The notes: generated by a model from the letters alone, not told the origin. Shown: positions 9,958 to 19,632, numbered from the stretch's first letter. The stretch is 64,000 nt of DNA from Candidatus Saccharimonadia bacterium (GCA_035544015.1 DATKIP010000076.1:256299-320298); one strand, 5' to 3'. A program made the numbers and translations.

Positions 9958-11029
9958 ATTCTTTCAAGGTCCGGTTCCATCGCAGCCCCTCCGCCGACGC
10001 GAACCCCCGCGACACCATTTCCGGTAATGAGGAGTAGCGGTCGTAGAATTCATCAATGCCCCGAACCAGACCTGTCGCCGTCGGCTCCACGATAATCCCC
10101 ACCTTTTGGATGTGATCTGCCACCCCGATCACGTCCGTGCCGATAATCGGTATCCGGGCTGCCATCGCCTCAAACAACACGAGAGGCTGGGCCTCGTAGA
10201 GCGAAGGCATGATGAGCGCATCGCACGCTTCATAAAATCGCATCACTTCCTGTCGTTTGAGCCGGCCGTGCACGGTCACATTCCCTAGGCCGTAATCCGC
10301 AATGAAGCCGTCTATCACGGCCCGCTCTTCACCGTCGCCCACGATATCTAAATGCACGCTCCGTTTGGTCTTACGCAGAGCCTCCAGCAGCACCGGAACA
10401 TTTTTTTGTTTACTAAGCCGTCCCACAAACAGGAGGTGCAGGATGTTGGGTGGCTGGGGAGCAAATGGCAAACGCTCCAAAGTAAAGTAAACCTCATCTA
10501 TCCCATTGTGCATCACGCGGGCACGCTTGCAGCCATACGTCCTACGAACCATGCGCAGGGTTTGCTCATTGAGGGTGACCACCATGGCCGCCGACCTCAG
10601 TACGCGTCCCAGTACCAGGCGTTTATAGAGCGGCAGCAAGAGGCCCGCCGGCCCCGAGGGTTCAAAATCAATATGCAACTGAGCGATGTACCGAAAGCGA
10701 CGCAGCTTCGAAACCAGCCATACCATTTCTGGCGTAAAAGCCTGGCCGATATGCAGGTGCACGACGCTACCCGCTCGAGCCGCACGAAAAAGCCCAATGG
10801 GAAACCAAGGCATGATCGGCGCATGCCCAAACACGACGCCGCCAAACCGCGTTACCCGCACGCCGTCTTCCAGGCTCGTGCCTGCCGCGCCTCCGCCCGC
10901 GGTTGAAGTCAGCACATCCACCTGGTGGTCGCGGGCGAGCTGCGTGGCCAAATCATGCACCGCATTTTCTTGCCCACCCAGATGGGGAGGGTAGTACGAG
11001 CTTACCTGAACAATATGCTCCGCCCTCAT
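9923..11029 (-). CDS. Glycosyltransferase family 4 (GT-B fold)
   Basis: 368 aa. N-terminal Glyco_transf_4-like and C-terminal Glycos_transf_1-like halves with the conserved EX7E region (MPSLYEAQPLVLFEAMAARIPII). Confidence 0.7.
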   Translation of the reverse strand: MRAEHIVQVSSYYPPHLGGQENAVHDLATQLARDHQVDVLTSTAGGGAAGTSLEDGVRVTRFGGVVFGHAPIMPWFPIGLFRAARAGSVVHLHIGQAFTPEMVWLVSKLRRFRYIAQLHIDFEPSGPAGLLLPLYKRLVLGRVLRSAAMVVTLNEQTLRMVRRTYGCKRARVMHNGIDEVYFTLERLPFAPQPPNILHLLFVGRLSKQKNVPVLLEALRKTKRSVHLDIVGDGEERAVIDGFIADYGLGNVTVHGRLKRQEVMRFYEACDALIMPSLYEAQPLVLFEAMAARIPIIGTDVIGVADHIQKVGIIVEPTATGLVRGIDEFYDRYSSLPEMVSRGFASAEGLRWNRTLKEYEDLYEEILGD

Positions 11030-11586
11030 ACGACACTCCCGTAGATCGCTTCGGCCGATTGCGCGATCAAAGGCCAGGCGTATTTTTTCGACTCCTCGTA
11101 GCCCTTGGCCGCTACTCGCGAGCTCGATTCATGGTCGGTCATGCACCGTCTCATAGCCTGCATGAGCGAGCGCTCATCGCCCGGCGACACGATATAGGCT
11201 GCCTCGAAATCTGGCGATACCTCGTGCAAAATACCCACCGGCGTTATGATCACCGGCACCGTTGCCGCCCAAGCCTCCAGGAGGGTCAGCGGCGTCGTCT
11301 CGTAGAGCGACGGAAATACGGCCGCATCGGTCCGCGAAAGCATCGTCCTCACCTCGCTCGGGTCCTTACGCCCCACCAAGAGCACCACGTCCTCGACGCG
11401 CAGTTCGCGCGCCAGATCAAGCAGGGCGTCATATTGCGAGCCGTCGCCGATAATTACCACCCGGAACACTCCCGGCAGCTCCCCGATGAGGAGCGCTGCG
11501 GCTCGAATCAGATACTCGCACCCCTTTTGGCGCTCAAGGCGGCCGATCGACAAAAAGGTATAAACCTCCGATTTCACTGACATCAT
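11026..11586 (-). CDS. GT4 glycosyltransferase C-terminal (Glycos_transf_1) domain as a separate ORF
   Basis: 186 aa: ...FPSLYETTPLTLLEAWAATVPVIITPVG..., the donor-binding half only. ATGA overlap with the preceding N-domain ORF. Confidence 0.55.
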   Translation of the reverse strand: MMSVKSEVYTFLSIGRLERQKGCEYLIRAAALLIGELPGVFRVVIIGDGSQYDALLDLARELRVEDVVLLVGRKDPSEVRTMLSRTDAAVFPSLYETTPLTLLEAWAATVPVIITPVGILHEVSPDFEAAYIVSPGDERSLMQAMRRCMTDHESSSRVAAKGYEESKKYAWPLIAQSAEAIYGSVV

Positions 11587-12176
11587 CTTCCCCGCCAGAA
11601 TGCGAGATCCACACCGTTAGGCAGCAGTACGGTTTGGACAAGTCCTGCAGCCTGCAGCTTCGCCACGTCATAACTATTAGGCGCCGTGGCCGAGCGCAGA
11701 TGAGCCGCGCGCGCGAGCCATAGTTCAGATTTTCGACGGAGCGCCGACTGGGTCGCATCGTAGAACGTTACGATATGAAAGGTATGAACCATGGGAATCC
11801 CGTACAACCGGGCCGCAAACGAAACAAAAAAAGCCATATCTATCGAGTGCGTGTGGATCACATCCGGCCGCTCTCTCCGCAAAATACCAAACATCCCCAG
11901 AGATAAAATCACCAGAGACACCAGCCGTTTCGGGGTGATCGAATCAAGGCTGGCCGGAGTATCCTTCATCCCAATCTTGTAGATATGCCGACCCTTAAGT
12001 ATTTCGTTGCAATTTGATGTCACCACCGCTACGTCGTGGCCGGCCGCTTGCTGCTGACGTCGCAAATTGGATACCACTACCGCGTCGCCGCCCAGCGCAT
12101 CGGGATACTTCTTGCAGACATGCAGAATATTCATAGCATGTATGCCTCCACTTGTTTTTTGGCCAGCTGGTTCCAA
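11583..12176 (-). CDS. GT4 glycosyltransferase N-terminal (Glyco_transf_4) domain as a separate ORF
   Basis: 197 aa: MNILHVCKKYPDALGGDAVVVSNL...VHTHS..., the acceptor-binding half only. Stop overlaps the start of the C-domain ORF. Confidence 0.5.
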   Translation of the reverse strand: MEPAGQKTSGGIHAMNILHVCKKYPDALGGDAVVVSNLRRQQQAAGHDVAVVTSNCNEILKGRHIYKIGMKDTPASLDSITPKRLVSLVILSLGMFGILRRERPDVIHTHSIDMAFFVSFAARLYGIPMVHTFHIVTFYDATQSALRRKSELWLARAAHLRSATAPNSYDVAKLQAAGLVQTVLLPNGVDLAFWRGR

Positions 12177-13987
12177 TCGTATTCAGCTACCGGCATCGAG
12201 ATAATCGGCTTACTGGCGAAGGAGATCCAGTACAAAATCGCCTCGCTCAGTGCCCGAGGAGAGAGCACAACCTTGCTCCCATTCAGGCCCTCCTGTATGA
12301 AATGGCGCGCCGCATTGCCGGGGCTATCGATCGTAACGACCGGCGTGCCACACCCTAAGGCCTCGAGCGAGGTAATTCCAAAACCCTCGCGGGTCGACGG
12401 CGAACAAAAAACCCGAGCAGCTTTCATGTAGCCGTACACTTCCGACGCCTCGGGTAGAGAATCCAAGAACGTAATGTTCTTTTCCAGCTTCCGTTTCGTA
12501 ACCTCCTGCTTCAAGCGAGGCTTCTCCAGCCCGTCGCCAATTATCAGGCAAGACACTTCAGGATGGTGTTGCCGAATAATATCCACCGCCGCAATCAGTT
12601 CATCGACGTTTTTGTCTTTCACGAGCCTCCCCACATACAGCGCGTCCACACGAATGGGGCTCGTTCGCACAGCCCTCAGGAGCGAAGCATCAATGCCGGA
12701 GGCCACCAGGTTGACGCGCCGACTGCGCCCGTGAATAGTCTCAAGGAGCTCCTTGGTGTGGGCCGATGCGGCGGTGATGTGGTGAGGCAGGCGAATGCTG
12801 AGCCGTTCAACCCCCGCGGCCACAAATCCACCCATCCCCATGTAGTTGACCCACTCCTGGTAGGTGAGTGCCTCATGCCAGGTAGCCGACAGATTGCGAC
12901 CGCGCAAGGTGCACACAATCCAGGCCGTGAAAATCGGGAAAAACGGCATATGGTCCACATCGAGCACATCAAACTGAACCCGAAAGAGCTTAAAGCACGC
13001 CAAGCCAAACCCTATACCCTCCCGGATCGTCCGGCGGTCCCCATGGTACATCTCGTAATATTTACTCAACGCGTGCAAGTGCACCCCGAATTCCATCCGA
13101 GTCTTAGCGGGTTCATTCCACCAGTGCATGGTATAGATGTGAACGTCATACCCCATGAGCGCCAATCGCTTGGTGATTTCATGCAGGCGCTTTTCTTTTC
13201 CGCCCTTCATATAGGGATAAATCGCATCGCTTACAAATACGATCTTCCGCCCTTCGGGTACCGCCGGGGGGCGCCAGGCCAAGTTCCGCATGAACATGAG
13301 CAGAATACGCGAGCCATCTCTTAGCGGATGCAAATGAGACGCCCCTGCGCGCGGGTGGTAGCTTATCGGAACCGATGCCATCCGATGCCGGAGCCGAGCC
13401 ATTTTGGTGATCATCTCCATCTCGATAGCAAAATCGGTACTTTTAACATGCGGCTCCAGGGCATCGAGTGCCACCTTCTTCCAGGCAAAATATCCCGTGA
13501 GCACATCGGTTACGTTCGCGCCGTACAACACGCGCACAGCGGTCGTGAAGACCCGATTGCCGAACCGGTTAAATCTGCTCATCGCCGTGCTCTGAATCCG
13601 ACCGCCGAGTCTCGAACCCACTACCACATCGCAGAAGTCACTCCGCAATGGCTCTATCACGCGCAGAATTTCCCCAGGGCTATACGTGTCGTCGCCATCG
13701 AGCATCACAACATACTCGGAGTCGGGGGAAACCGTTCGAAATCCGGCTCGCAGGGCATTGCCCTTGCCCTTTTTCGATTCGTGAATCACCGTGGCGCCAG
13801 CTTCTCGCGCAATTTCGGCCGTATTATCAGAAGAGCCATTATCAACGACGAGTATCTCGAGCTGTACGCCATGCCGGGCTAGCTCGTCGAGGGGGAATTT
13901 GGCTATCACATGGCCGATACTGGCCGCCTCGTTATGGCACGGAATCACCACCGCCACTTTGGTAGACTTCGTATCACTTGGTCGCAT
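12131..13987 (-). CDS. Bifunctional glycosyltransferase: N-terminal GT2 (DPM/DPG-synthase-like) fused to C-terminal GT4
   Basis: 618 aa. N-terminus VAVVIPCHNEA...LVVDNGSSDNT...DGDDTY (GT2 DXD). C-terminal half has GT4 motifs (GRLVKDKNVDELI...EGFGITSLEALGCGTPVV). Confidence 0.7.
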   Translation of the reverse strand: MRPSDTKSTKVAVVIPCHNEAASIGHVIAKFPLDELARHGVQLEILVVDNGSSDNTAEIAREAGATVIHESKKGKGNALRAGFRTVSPDSEYVVMLDGDDTYSPGEILRVIEPLRSDFCDVVVGSRLGGRIQSTAMSRFNRFGNRVFTTAVRVLYGANVTDVLTGYFAWKKVALDALEPHVKSTDFAIEMEMITKMARLRHRMASVPISYHPRAGASHLHPLRDGSRILLMFMRNLAWRPPAVPEGRKIVFVSDAIYPYMKGGKEKRLHEITKRLALMGYDVHIYTMHWWNEPAKTRMEFGVHLHALSKYYEMYHGDRRTIREGIGFGLACFKLFRVQFDVLDVDHMPFFPIFTAWIVCTLRGRNLSATWHEALTYQEWVNYMGMGGFVAAGVERLSIRLPHHITAASAHTKELLETIHGRSRRVNLVASGIDASLLRAVRTSPIRVDALYVGRLVKDKNVDELIAAVDIIRQHHPEVSCLIIGDGLEKPRLKQEVTKRKLEKNITFLDSLPEASEVYGYMKAARVFCSPSTREGFGITSLEALGCGTPVVTIDSPGNAARHFIQEGLNGSKVVLSPRALSEAILYWISFASKPIISMPVAEYDWNQLAKKQVEAYML

Positions 13988-14537
13988 GGTGCACCTTGTC
14001 GCTCAAAACGGCACGAGTAGCTTCGACCCAATAATGAATCGATTGCGTTTGCGGGGTGGGACGGCTGTCCCCAAAGGCAATACCCTCATAGCTCAAAGAA
14101 ACCTTGATGAGCGTTCGCTTTCGAGGCGAAGGCACCGCGATAACTTGCTCAGTCACCTTCGATTGCCCGTGCGCCAGCATAATCGACCCACTCCCCAGCG
14201 TCTTCCCGGTCTGCTCGTCTGCCGCCAGAGATGTAAGTTCGTAGCGATACGCTGTCGATCGGTGCTCGAGATTATGCACCGTAAACGCCACGGTTTGCGT
14301 CGAACCGGGCTTCGGCGCAGTCGATAGGCGAAGGTAATCAGCAAAATATAATTCCGTGAATCTTTGAGGGCGAGGCACCAGGTGCCAAGCGTCTGCCTGC
14401 TCCGCCAGCGCCGATCGGCTCAAAAAAACCACGCAGCCCAAACCAAGCAGAACGCCGACGATCAGAAAACCAAAAAATCTTTTAACCAGCTTGGTAATAG
14501 TGAGGCCTCCTCCATTATCGTGTATCCGTAGCTGCAC
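13974..14537 (-). CDS. Membrane-anchored hypothetical protein (first gene of the glycan operon)
   Basis: 187 aa ORF with an N-terminal TM segment (FFGFLIVGVLLGLGCVVFL). Exact start uncertain. Confidence 0.35.
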   Translation of the reverse strand: MQLRIHDNGGGLTITKLVKRFFGFLIVGVLLGLGCVVFLSRSALAEQADAWHLVPRPQRFTELYFADYLRLSTAPKPGSTQTVAFTVHNLEHRSTAYRYELTSLAADEQTGKTLGSGSIMLAHGQSKVTEQVIAVPSPRKRTLIKVSLSYEGIAFGDSRPTPQTQSIHYWVEATRAVLSDKVHHATK

Positions 14538-14632
14538 GTAACAATGTAGAAGAAGGATGTGATGTGAGTATTAACTTGGAGGTCTGGGTAGGCCGCCCCC
14601 CGATCCGGTTTCATAATATCGTCAACAAAAGT

Positions 14633-14641
14633 TGCTATAAT
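14633..14641 (+). promoter_or_regulatory. Candidate extended -10 element (TGCTATAAT) for the GH5-like gene
   Basis: TGnTATAAT about 30 nt upstream of the ATG at 14671, in the divergent intergenic region. Approximate coordinates. Confidence 0.35.
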
Positions 14642-14670
14642 CCCGACAGTTCAGAAAGGACAGTCATGTT

Positions 14671-15852
14671 ATGCGAGCACACGTTCGGTTATTGAAAACC
14701 GGTATGTATTGGGGGCTGATGCTCAGTCTCGTGATCTTTGAGCTCGCCACAGTGCCGCCGGTGCAGGCCGCCACGAGAGACGAAGTCGGTATCGCCACCG
14801 GTGCCACGCTTCTGCGAATGAACGACAAGGACCTCGATAGCCGGCTAGCCGACATTGAAAGGCTGGGAGCCACCTGGATCCGAGTCGACTTCAGCTGGCC
14901 GGCCATTCAACCCGAAGGGCCGACCATCTACCACTGGAAAATGTATGATCGCGTGGTGCGCGTGGCCGGTGTGCACCACCTCAAAATCCTGGCCGTCCTA
15001 GACTACACGGCGCCCTGGGCCGCGGAGCCCCGCTGCGCCACTTTGGTCATCACCAAAGCCGCGGCCCAAAAATGCAACCCCCAAAGCAACGCTGCCTTCG
15101 CCCGATTTGCTCGGACGGCCGCCATTCGATATAAGCACCAGAGCATACGCGCCTGGGAGATCTGGAACGAGCCAAATCTAAGCTCCTATTGGAAAACCGC
15201 CCGCCGCAACAAAACCGTATATTACGACCCACGAGCCTACGCCGCCCTGGCCAATGCCGCCGCGCGCGAAATTCGTCACAACAGCCCGGGCACCCTTGTC
15301 GTCACCGGCGGCCTCGCCCCGATGTTTGAGCCAAAATTTCCCAAAGGCATGCGCCAAAGCGATTTTCTGGCCCAAATGCTCCCGTATCTGAATCCCAAAT
15401 TATTTGATGCCGTAGGTGTCCACCCCTATAGCTGGCCGGTGCCACCCGCCCGGGCCGTCAGCTACAATGCGTTTTACACGGTTGATCAAGGTCGACCCAA
15501 AGACAACCTCCGCACCATCATGGCCAGAGCCGGCTGGGGTAACAAGCAAATTTGGGGCACGGAGTATGGCGCGCCCACAACGGGCGCGCGTGCGGTAGCC
15601 CAGCCGACGAAGCGAAACCGACCCGATCACGTCACTGAAGCGAGCCAAGCCCAAATAGTCAAACAAGGCCTGGATATCTGGTATGACAAGGCCAATGTGG
15701 GACCACTCTTCGTGCATTCCGATTCAGATCAATGGCTACCCACTAGCCACAAGAACGAAGACGGCTTTGGCCTCCGGCGCAGTGACGGCTCAAAAAAGCC
15801 CGCCTATGATGCCTTCCGCACTGTTGCCCAGCAGGTGCAGGGGCGCTACTAG
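14671..15852 (+). CDS. Secreted glycoside hydrolase, GH5-like (TIM-barrel glycanase)
   Basis: 393 aa. N-terminal signal/TM segment, WEIWNEPN (acid/base Glu in NEP) and GTEYG nucleophile motif typical of clan GH-A/GH5. Confidence 0.6.
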   Translation: MRAHVRLLKTGMYWGLMLSLVIFELATVPPVQAATRDEVGIATGATLLRMNDKDLDSRLADIERLGATWIRVDFSWPAIQPEGPTIYHWKMYDRVVRVAGVHHLKILAVLDYTAPWAAEPRCATLVITKAAAQKCNPQSNAAFARFARTAAIRYKHQSIRAWEIWNEPNLSSYWKTARRNKTVYYDPRAYAALANAAAREIRHNSPGTLVVTGGLAPMFEPKFPKGMRQSDFLAQMLPYLNPKLFDAVGVHPYSWPVPPARAVSYNAFYTVDQGRPKDNLRTIMARAGWGNKQIWGTEYGAPTTGARAVAQPTKRNRPDHVTEASQAQIVKQGLDIWYDKANVGPLFVHSDSDQWLPTSHKNEDGFGLRRSDGSKKPAYDAFRTVAQQVQGRY

Positions 15853-15901
15853 TGTCGGCAGCCGCTCCCGAGGACATCATAAATGATTTACAATACAGAC
15901 A

Positions 15902-16936
15902 ATGAAAATCCTCACCGTCGAAACCCTCGCCACGCTCATCGGCCGCCACGGCCTCGATGCCTACCTTACCGACCTCATGCGGGCCCTGGAGCGCGATTTT
16001 GGGCGCTGGGCACAATTCACCCAAATGCCGCGCCCCGCCATGCATGTGCCTGGCGGTGTGCTCGAGCTCATGCCGGTCTGCGACGGCACCTACTACACCT
16101 ATAAATACGTCAACTGCCATCCCAAAAATCCCGAGCTCGGGCTTCAGACCGTGGTCGCCACAGGCCAGCTCTCGCGCATCGATACCGGCTACCCGCTCCT
16201 GTACAGCGAAATGACGCTCCTCACCGCCCTGCGCACCGCCGCCACCTCGGCGCTCGTCACCAACCTGATGGCGCGCCCAGACGCGTCCATCCTAGCCATT
16301 ATCGGCACCGGCGCGCAAAGTGAATTTCAGGTGCAGGCCGCGCAGCTGGTGCGCAATCTTACCAGCGTGCGCTATTTCGACATCGATCCCGCGGCTATGG
16401 ATAAGTTCGAGCGCAACCTGGCCGGGTCGCCGCTGCGGCTGGTGCGTTGCCACAGCGCCGAGGAGGCCACCGCTGGCGCCGACATCGTGACCGTCTGCAC
16501 CGCCTGCAAGGCGCACGTCGACGTCATCAAAAACGATTGGATCAAGCCCGGCGTGCACATCAATGGCCTGGGCGGCGACTGCCCCGGCAAGACCGAGCTG
16601 GAGGCGACCCTACTGCCCCGATGTCGCATCGTAGTAGAGTATTTCGACCAATCGTTTATAGAGGGAGAGATACAGCGATTTAGCCTCCCTGAAGCCAAAA
16701 AAGCCGTACTGGGCGAACTCCACGAGCTCATTACCGGCGCCAAATCCGGCCGCCAACACGATGACGACATCACCTTGTTTGATTCGGTCGGCATCGGCCT
16801 GGAAGATTACTCCGCGCTGCGGCTCACCTACGAACTAACCGAGCGCTATGGACTCGGCGAGGAGCACAATTTCACACCCTCGCTAGCCGATCCCAAGGAT
16901 CTCATGGCCGTTGTGCGCGCCGCCCCAGACGCCTAG
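15902..16936 (+). CDS. Ornithine cyclodeaminase / mu-crystallin family NAD(P)-dependent enzyme
   Basis: 344 aa. Rossmann motif AIIGTGAQS, family-typical length and conserved blocks. Confidence 0.75.
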   Translation: MKILTVETLATLIGRHGLDAYLTDLMRALERDFGRWAQFTQMPRPAMHVPGGVLELMPVCDGTYYTYKYVNCHPKNPELGLQTVVATGQLSRIDTGYPLLYSEMTLLTALRTAATSALVTNLMARPDASILAIIGTGAQSEFQVQAAQLVRNLTSVRYFDIDPAAMDKFERNLAGSPLRLVRCHSAEEATAGADIVTVCTACKAHVDVIKNDWIKPGVHINGLGGDCPGKTELEATLLPRCRIVVEYFDQSFIEGEIQRFSLPEAKKAVLGELHELITGAKSGRQHDDDITLFDSVGIGLEDYSALRLTYELTERYGLGEEHNFTPSLADPKDLMAVVRAAPDA

Positions 16937-17274
16937 TAGCAGGTGGCACTAATAAATCTCTGAACCACGGTTCAATGACCTCAAGCGTCGCCGGCTGATT
17001 GGCGGGAATGACACGCCAAGCTATAGGGGTGAACGGGGATGACCACACTTGGGCAGGGCGCACGCGCAGTCGGGTTGATCAGACCCGGCAGACGGCGCCC
17101 TGCCCAAGGCGGGAGAGTTCGCGGGCGGTTCAGGCTGCAGTCCCTCGCCTTTCGCGAGCATTCGAAGCAAACGCAGACCATGGTAATAAAACTTCTGCCT
17201 TTGGCAAGGGGCTTACGCGCTCTCACGGCCAAGTCGGCCCAAAATGCTCAAATCCGCTCATAATGCTCGTGCTT

Positions 17275-17303
17275 ATTGATCAAAGCGCTTGTAAACGCTA
17301 TAT
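17275..17303 (+). promoter_or_regulatory. Sigma70-like promoter (TTGATC-17nt-TATATT)
   Basis: -35 / 17 nt spacer / -10 about 20 nt upstream of an AAGAAGG SD and the ATG at 17324. Approximate coordinates. Confidence 0.4.
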
Positions 17304-17323
17304 TAAGCCAAGAAGGCGACATT

Positions 17324-17590
17324 ATGGCGAAAAAATTAAAGCCCAAACCCAAACCGAAGCTGCATATTCGAGACTGGCTTATCATTGCGCTGTTTGTTGC
17401 GGTCGGGGCCACGAACATTGTGTGGTACCGCACCACCCAGGGGCTCAACATGAACGCCGAAAATGCTGCTAAAGGCTGGGCCTCCACCCAAACTCAAAAC
17501 GCGAAGCTCCAAATCTGTGTCGATCAGCCCTCCAAGCCGTGTTCACTCTCGAGCGCCCCGCAATCCGGATCATCCGCCACAGCCCACTAA
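17324..17590 (+). CDS. Small membrane protein with a KPKPKPK N-terminus (hypothetical)
   Basis: 88 aa: MAKKLKPKPKPKLHIRDWLIIALFVAVGATNIVWY... Good SD and an upstream promoter. Confidence 0.4.
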   Translation: MAKKLKPKPKPKLHIRDWLIIALFVAVGATNIVWYRTTQGLNMNAENAAKGWASTQTQNAKLQICVDQPSKPCSLSSAPQSGSSATAH

Positions 17591-17627
17591 AAAAGCGTAA
17601 GATGAGCATACATAACGAGGGCAGAGC

Positions 17628-18008
17628 ATGTTTAAAGACACCCACGCATTTAGCGGTTTTTCCGTGGACGATCAAGCGGCGGCCAAAAAGTTTTATAGCG
17701 AAACCCTAGGCATCGAAGTGCAAGAAGATCCCATGGGCCTATCGCTCAAGATAGCCGGCTCAAATCCAATTTTTGTGTACCCCAAAGACGACCACGTACC
17801 CGCCAGCTTCACCATTCTCAATTTCCCCGTCGACGACATCGACACGGCCGTGAAGGCGCTCAAGGCCAAAGGCGTTACGTTTGAACACTACGACGACCTG
17901 ACCGACGACGGCGACATCGCCCGAGGCCTCACCACTGGCCGCGGCCCCGACATTGCCTGGTTCAAGGACCCGGCCGGCAATGTGCTCGCGGTACTACAGC
18001 AAGACTAG
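17628..18008 (+). CDS. VOC-family (glyoxalase/bleomycin-resistance fold) protein
   Basis: 126 aa with GAGGG SD. Conserved VOC-fold blocks: FSVDDQAAAKKFYSETLG, KDPAGNVL. Confidence 0.65.
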   Translation: MFKDTHAFSGFSVDDQAAAKKFYSETLGIEVQEDPMGLSLKIAGSNPIFVYPKDDHVPASFTILNFPVDDIDTAVKALKAKGVTFEHYDDLTDDGDIARGLTTGRGPDIAWFKDPAGNVLAVLQQD

Positions 18009-18023
18009 CGGTCGCGCCTTTCC

Positions 18024-18695
18024 CTACGTGTCATCGACCATATAACCGATCCCATAGGCTGTCTTGATCAGCGGCATCCCAAACGGCCGATCCACCTTAT
18101 CGCGCAGGTGCTTGATGTGTACGTCCACGGTATTATTCCAGCCCTCGGTGCCGGCCTCCCAGACGTGGTCGAGAATCATCGACCTCGTGAGGGCGTGTCC
18201 CTGATTGCTGATCAAATATTCCAAAATATCAAATTCTTTGCGTCGCAATGAAATGATCGTGCCCGAACGCGTCACCTGGCGCCGGGTCACATTCATGGTT
18301 AGGTCGCTGACTTTGATGATTTTTTCCTCATGCATCTCGCTGCTACGCCGCAGCAACGCCGCAATCCGAGCCCTGAGCTCATCACCGTTAAACGGCTTCG
18401 TAAGGAAGTCGTCAGCTCCGCAATTGAGCAATCGCACCGAGGTGGCTGAGTCCTTGCGGACCGTCAATATCAAGATCGGCGCCCCAACATTGGCACTACG
18501 GAGTGCGCGGCACACCTCAAACCCATCCATATCCGGCAGCCCCAAATCGAGCAAAATCAGTCCATACCGAATCAAACGCGCGCGCTCGATGCCCTCGTAC
18601 CCCGTGTCGGCCGAATCGACCACGTAGGTTGGAGCTAGTCTCGATTTCACACTGTCGAAGATAAGCTGATTATCGTCTATCAAGAGAATTTTCAT
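18024..18695 (-). CDS. Two-component response regulator, OmpR/PhoB family (REC + winged-helix)
   Basis: 223 aa. MKILLIDDNQL...LLDLGLPDMDG (phospho-acceptor Asp), C-terminal Trans_reg_C. No histidine kinase adjacent. Confidence 0.8.
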   Translation of the reverse strand: MKILLIDDNQLIFDSVKSRLAPTYVVDSADTGYEGIERARLIRYGLILLDLGLPDMDGFEVCRALRSANVGAPILILTVRKDSATSVRLLNCGADDFLTKPFNGDELRARIAALLRRSSEMHEEKIIKVSDLTMNVTRRQVTRSGTIISLRRKEFDILEYLISNQGHALTRSMILDHVWEAGTEGWNNTVDVHIKHLRDKVDRPFGMPLIKTAYGIGYMVDDT

Positions 18696-19391
18696 GACCG
18701 CCTAGAAATTAAACAAAGTTAACTAGGTATTGATAGAAATTGCATCATGAACATTACAAGGGAAAGATTAAATACGAAGTAATCACTCGACCTCAAAACC
18801 CCCCAGAAGGGCCAACCAGGAATTCCTCACAATCGACTTCTTTACTTCAAAGAGGCATTTAAAATGCTTGGTAGCTATGGTTGCAGAACGATCTGCGGCC
18901 TCGGTCGAATGGCGGTCGCCGCTACCCAAAACTTGCGAGGTCGGCCATCTCGCTCTTTCTGGCTATAGAAAGGTGAACGTTGAGGCCGACTCCACCTTTG
19001 ATAACCGCCGTAGCGGTGGGCCAGTCTCTCGCTCGACGCCCCGCGTGGCGACCCTACGCCCCTAGCCGGACAGCTAAAAAAAGGATAAGAGCGGCGTTTT
19101 TAGCATTATGACCAAAAATCTTCACCGACCCCAGCCGCTCCACTGTTCTGTGGCCGCTCCAACCCCAGTTTTGATCCATGGGAACTCCTCGCAACGCGAC
19201 ATTTGAGCAGGATCTCATCTGATCGGAGCGTCGATGTCGAATATCTGGCAATTGGCAATAGTCAAACTCCCAGAATAAGCCAATTGAGCCGACCACTTTA
19301 GGGCTCTGCTCGTCTCGGTAAAAATGAAAAAACGGAAAAATGAAAAAAGAATTAACCCCGCAATGAATATTCATTTGGTATACTAAGCTTC

Positions 19392-19622
19392 GTGAAAAAA
19401 ATATTACGTGCCTTCAGTTTTACCGTGTTTGTGTTTGGATTCGCCGGCTGGGTCTACATTGCTCAAAATGCCAGCCATCATCCCGAAACCCTACCGCTGC
19501 CCCTCACGCACTTCGCTTCGTTCCCGCGCGAAGACACGTTTGGCGCCGTCTGTTTTGCGGTCTCGTTTGTGGCACTCTTCATCTACATGTATCTGCGCGA
19601 CGACCAGCGCAGTTCGCGATAG
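19392..19622 (+). CDS. Small hydrophobic protein (hypothetical), possibly leaderless
   Basis: 76 aa with a GTG start. TATACT -10-like hexamer ending about 8 nt before the start, no SD. Two TM segments. Confidence 0.3.
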   Translation: MKKILRAFSFTVFVFGFAGWVYIAQNASHHPETLPLPLTHFASFPREDTFGAVCFAVSFVALFIYMYLRDDQRSSR

Positions 19623-19632
19623 CCAGCCGTCG

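Noticed and set aside
16990-17260. Possible RNase P, SRP, 6S or tmRNA gene in the long intergenic region
   Set aside because: No match to the conserved P4, domain-IV or tRNA-like motifs could be found by inspection. Kept only as an unclassified structured-RNA candidate.
19054-19374. 106-aa minus-strand ORF in the AT-rich gap upstream of the response regulator
   Set aside because: Low-complexity, F/K-rich translation of an A/T-tract region. No SD or promoter context. Likely non-coding.
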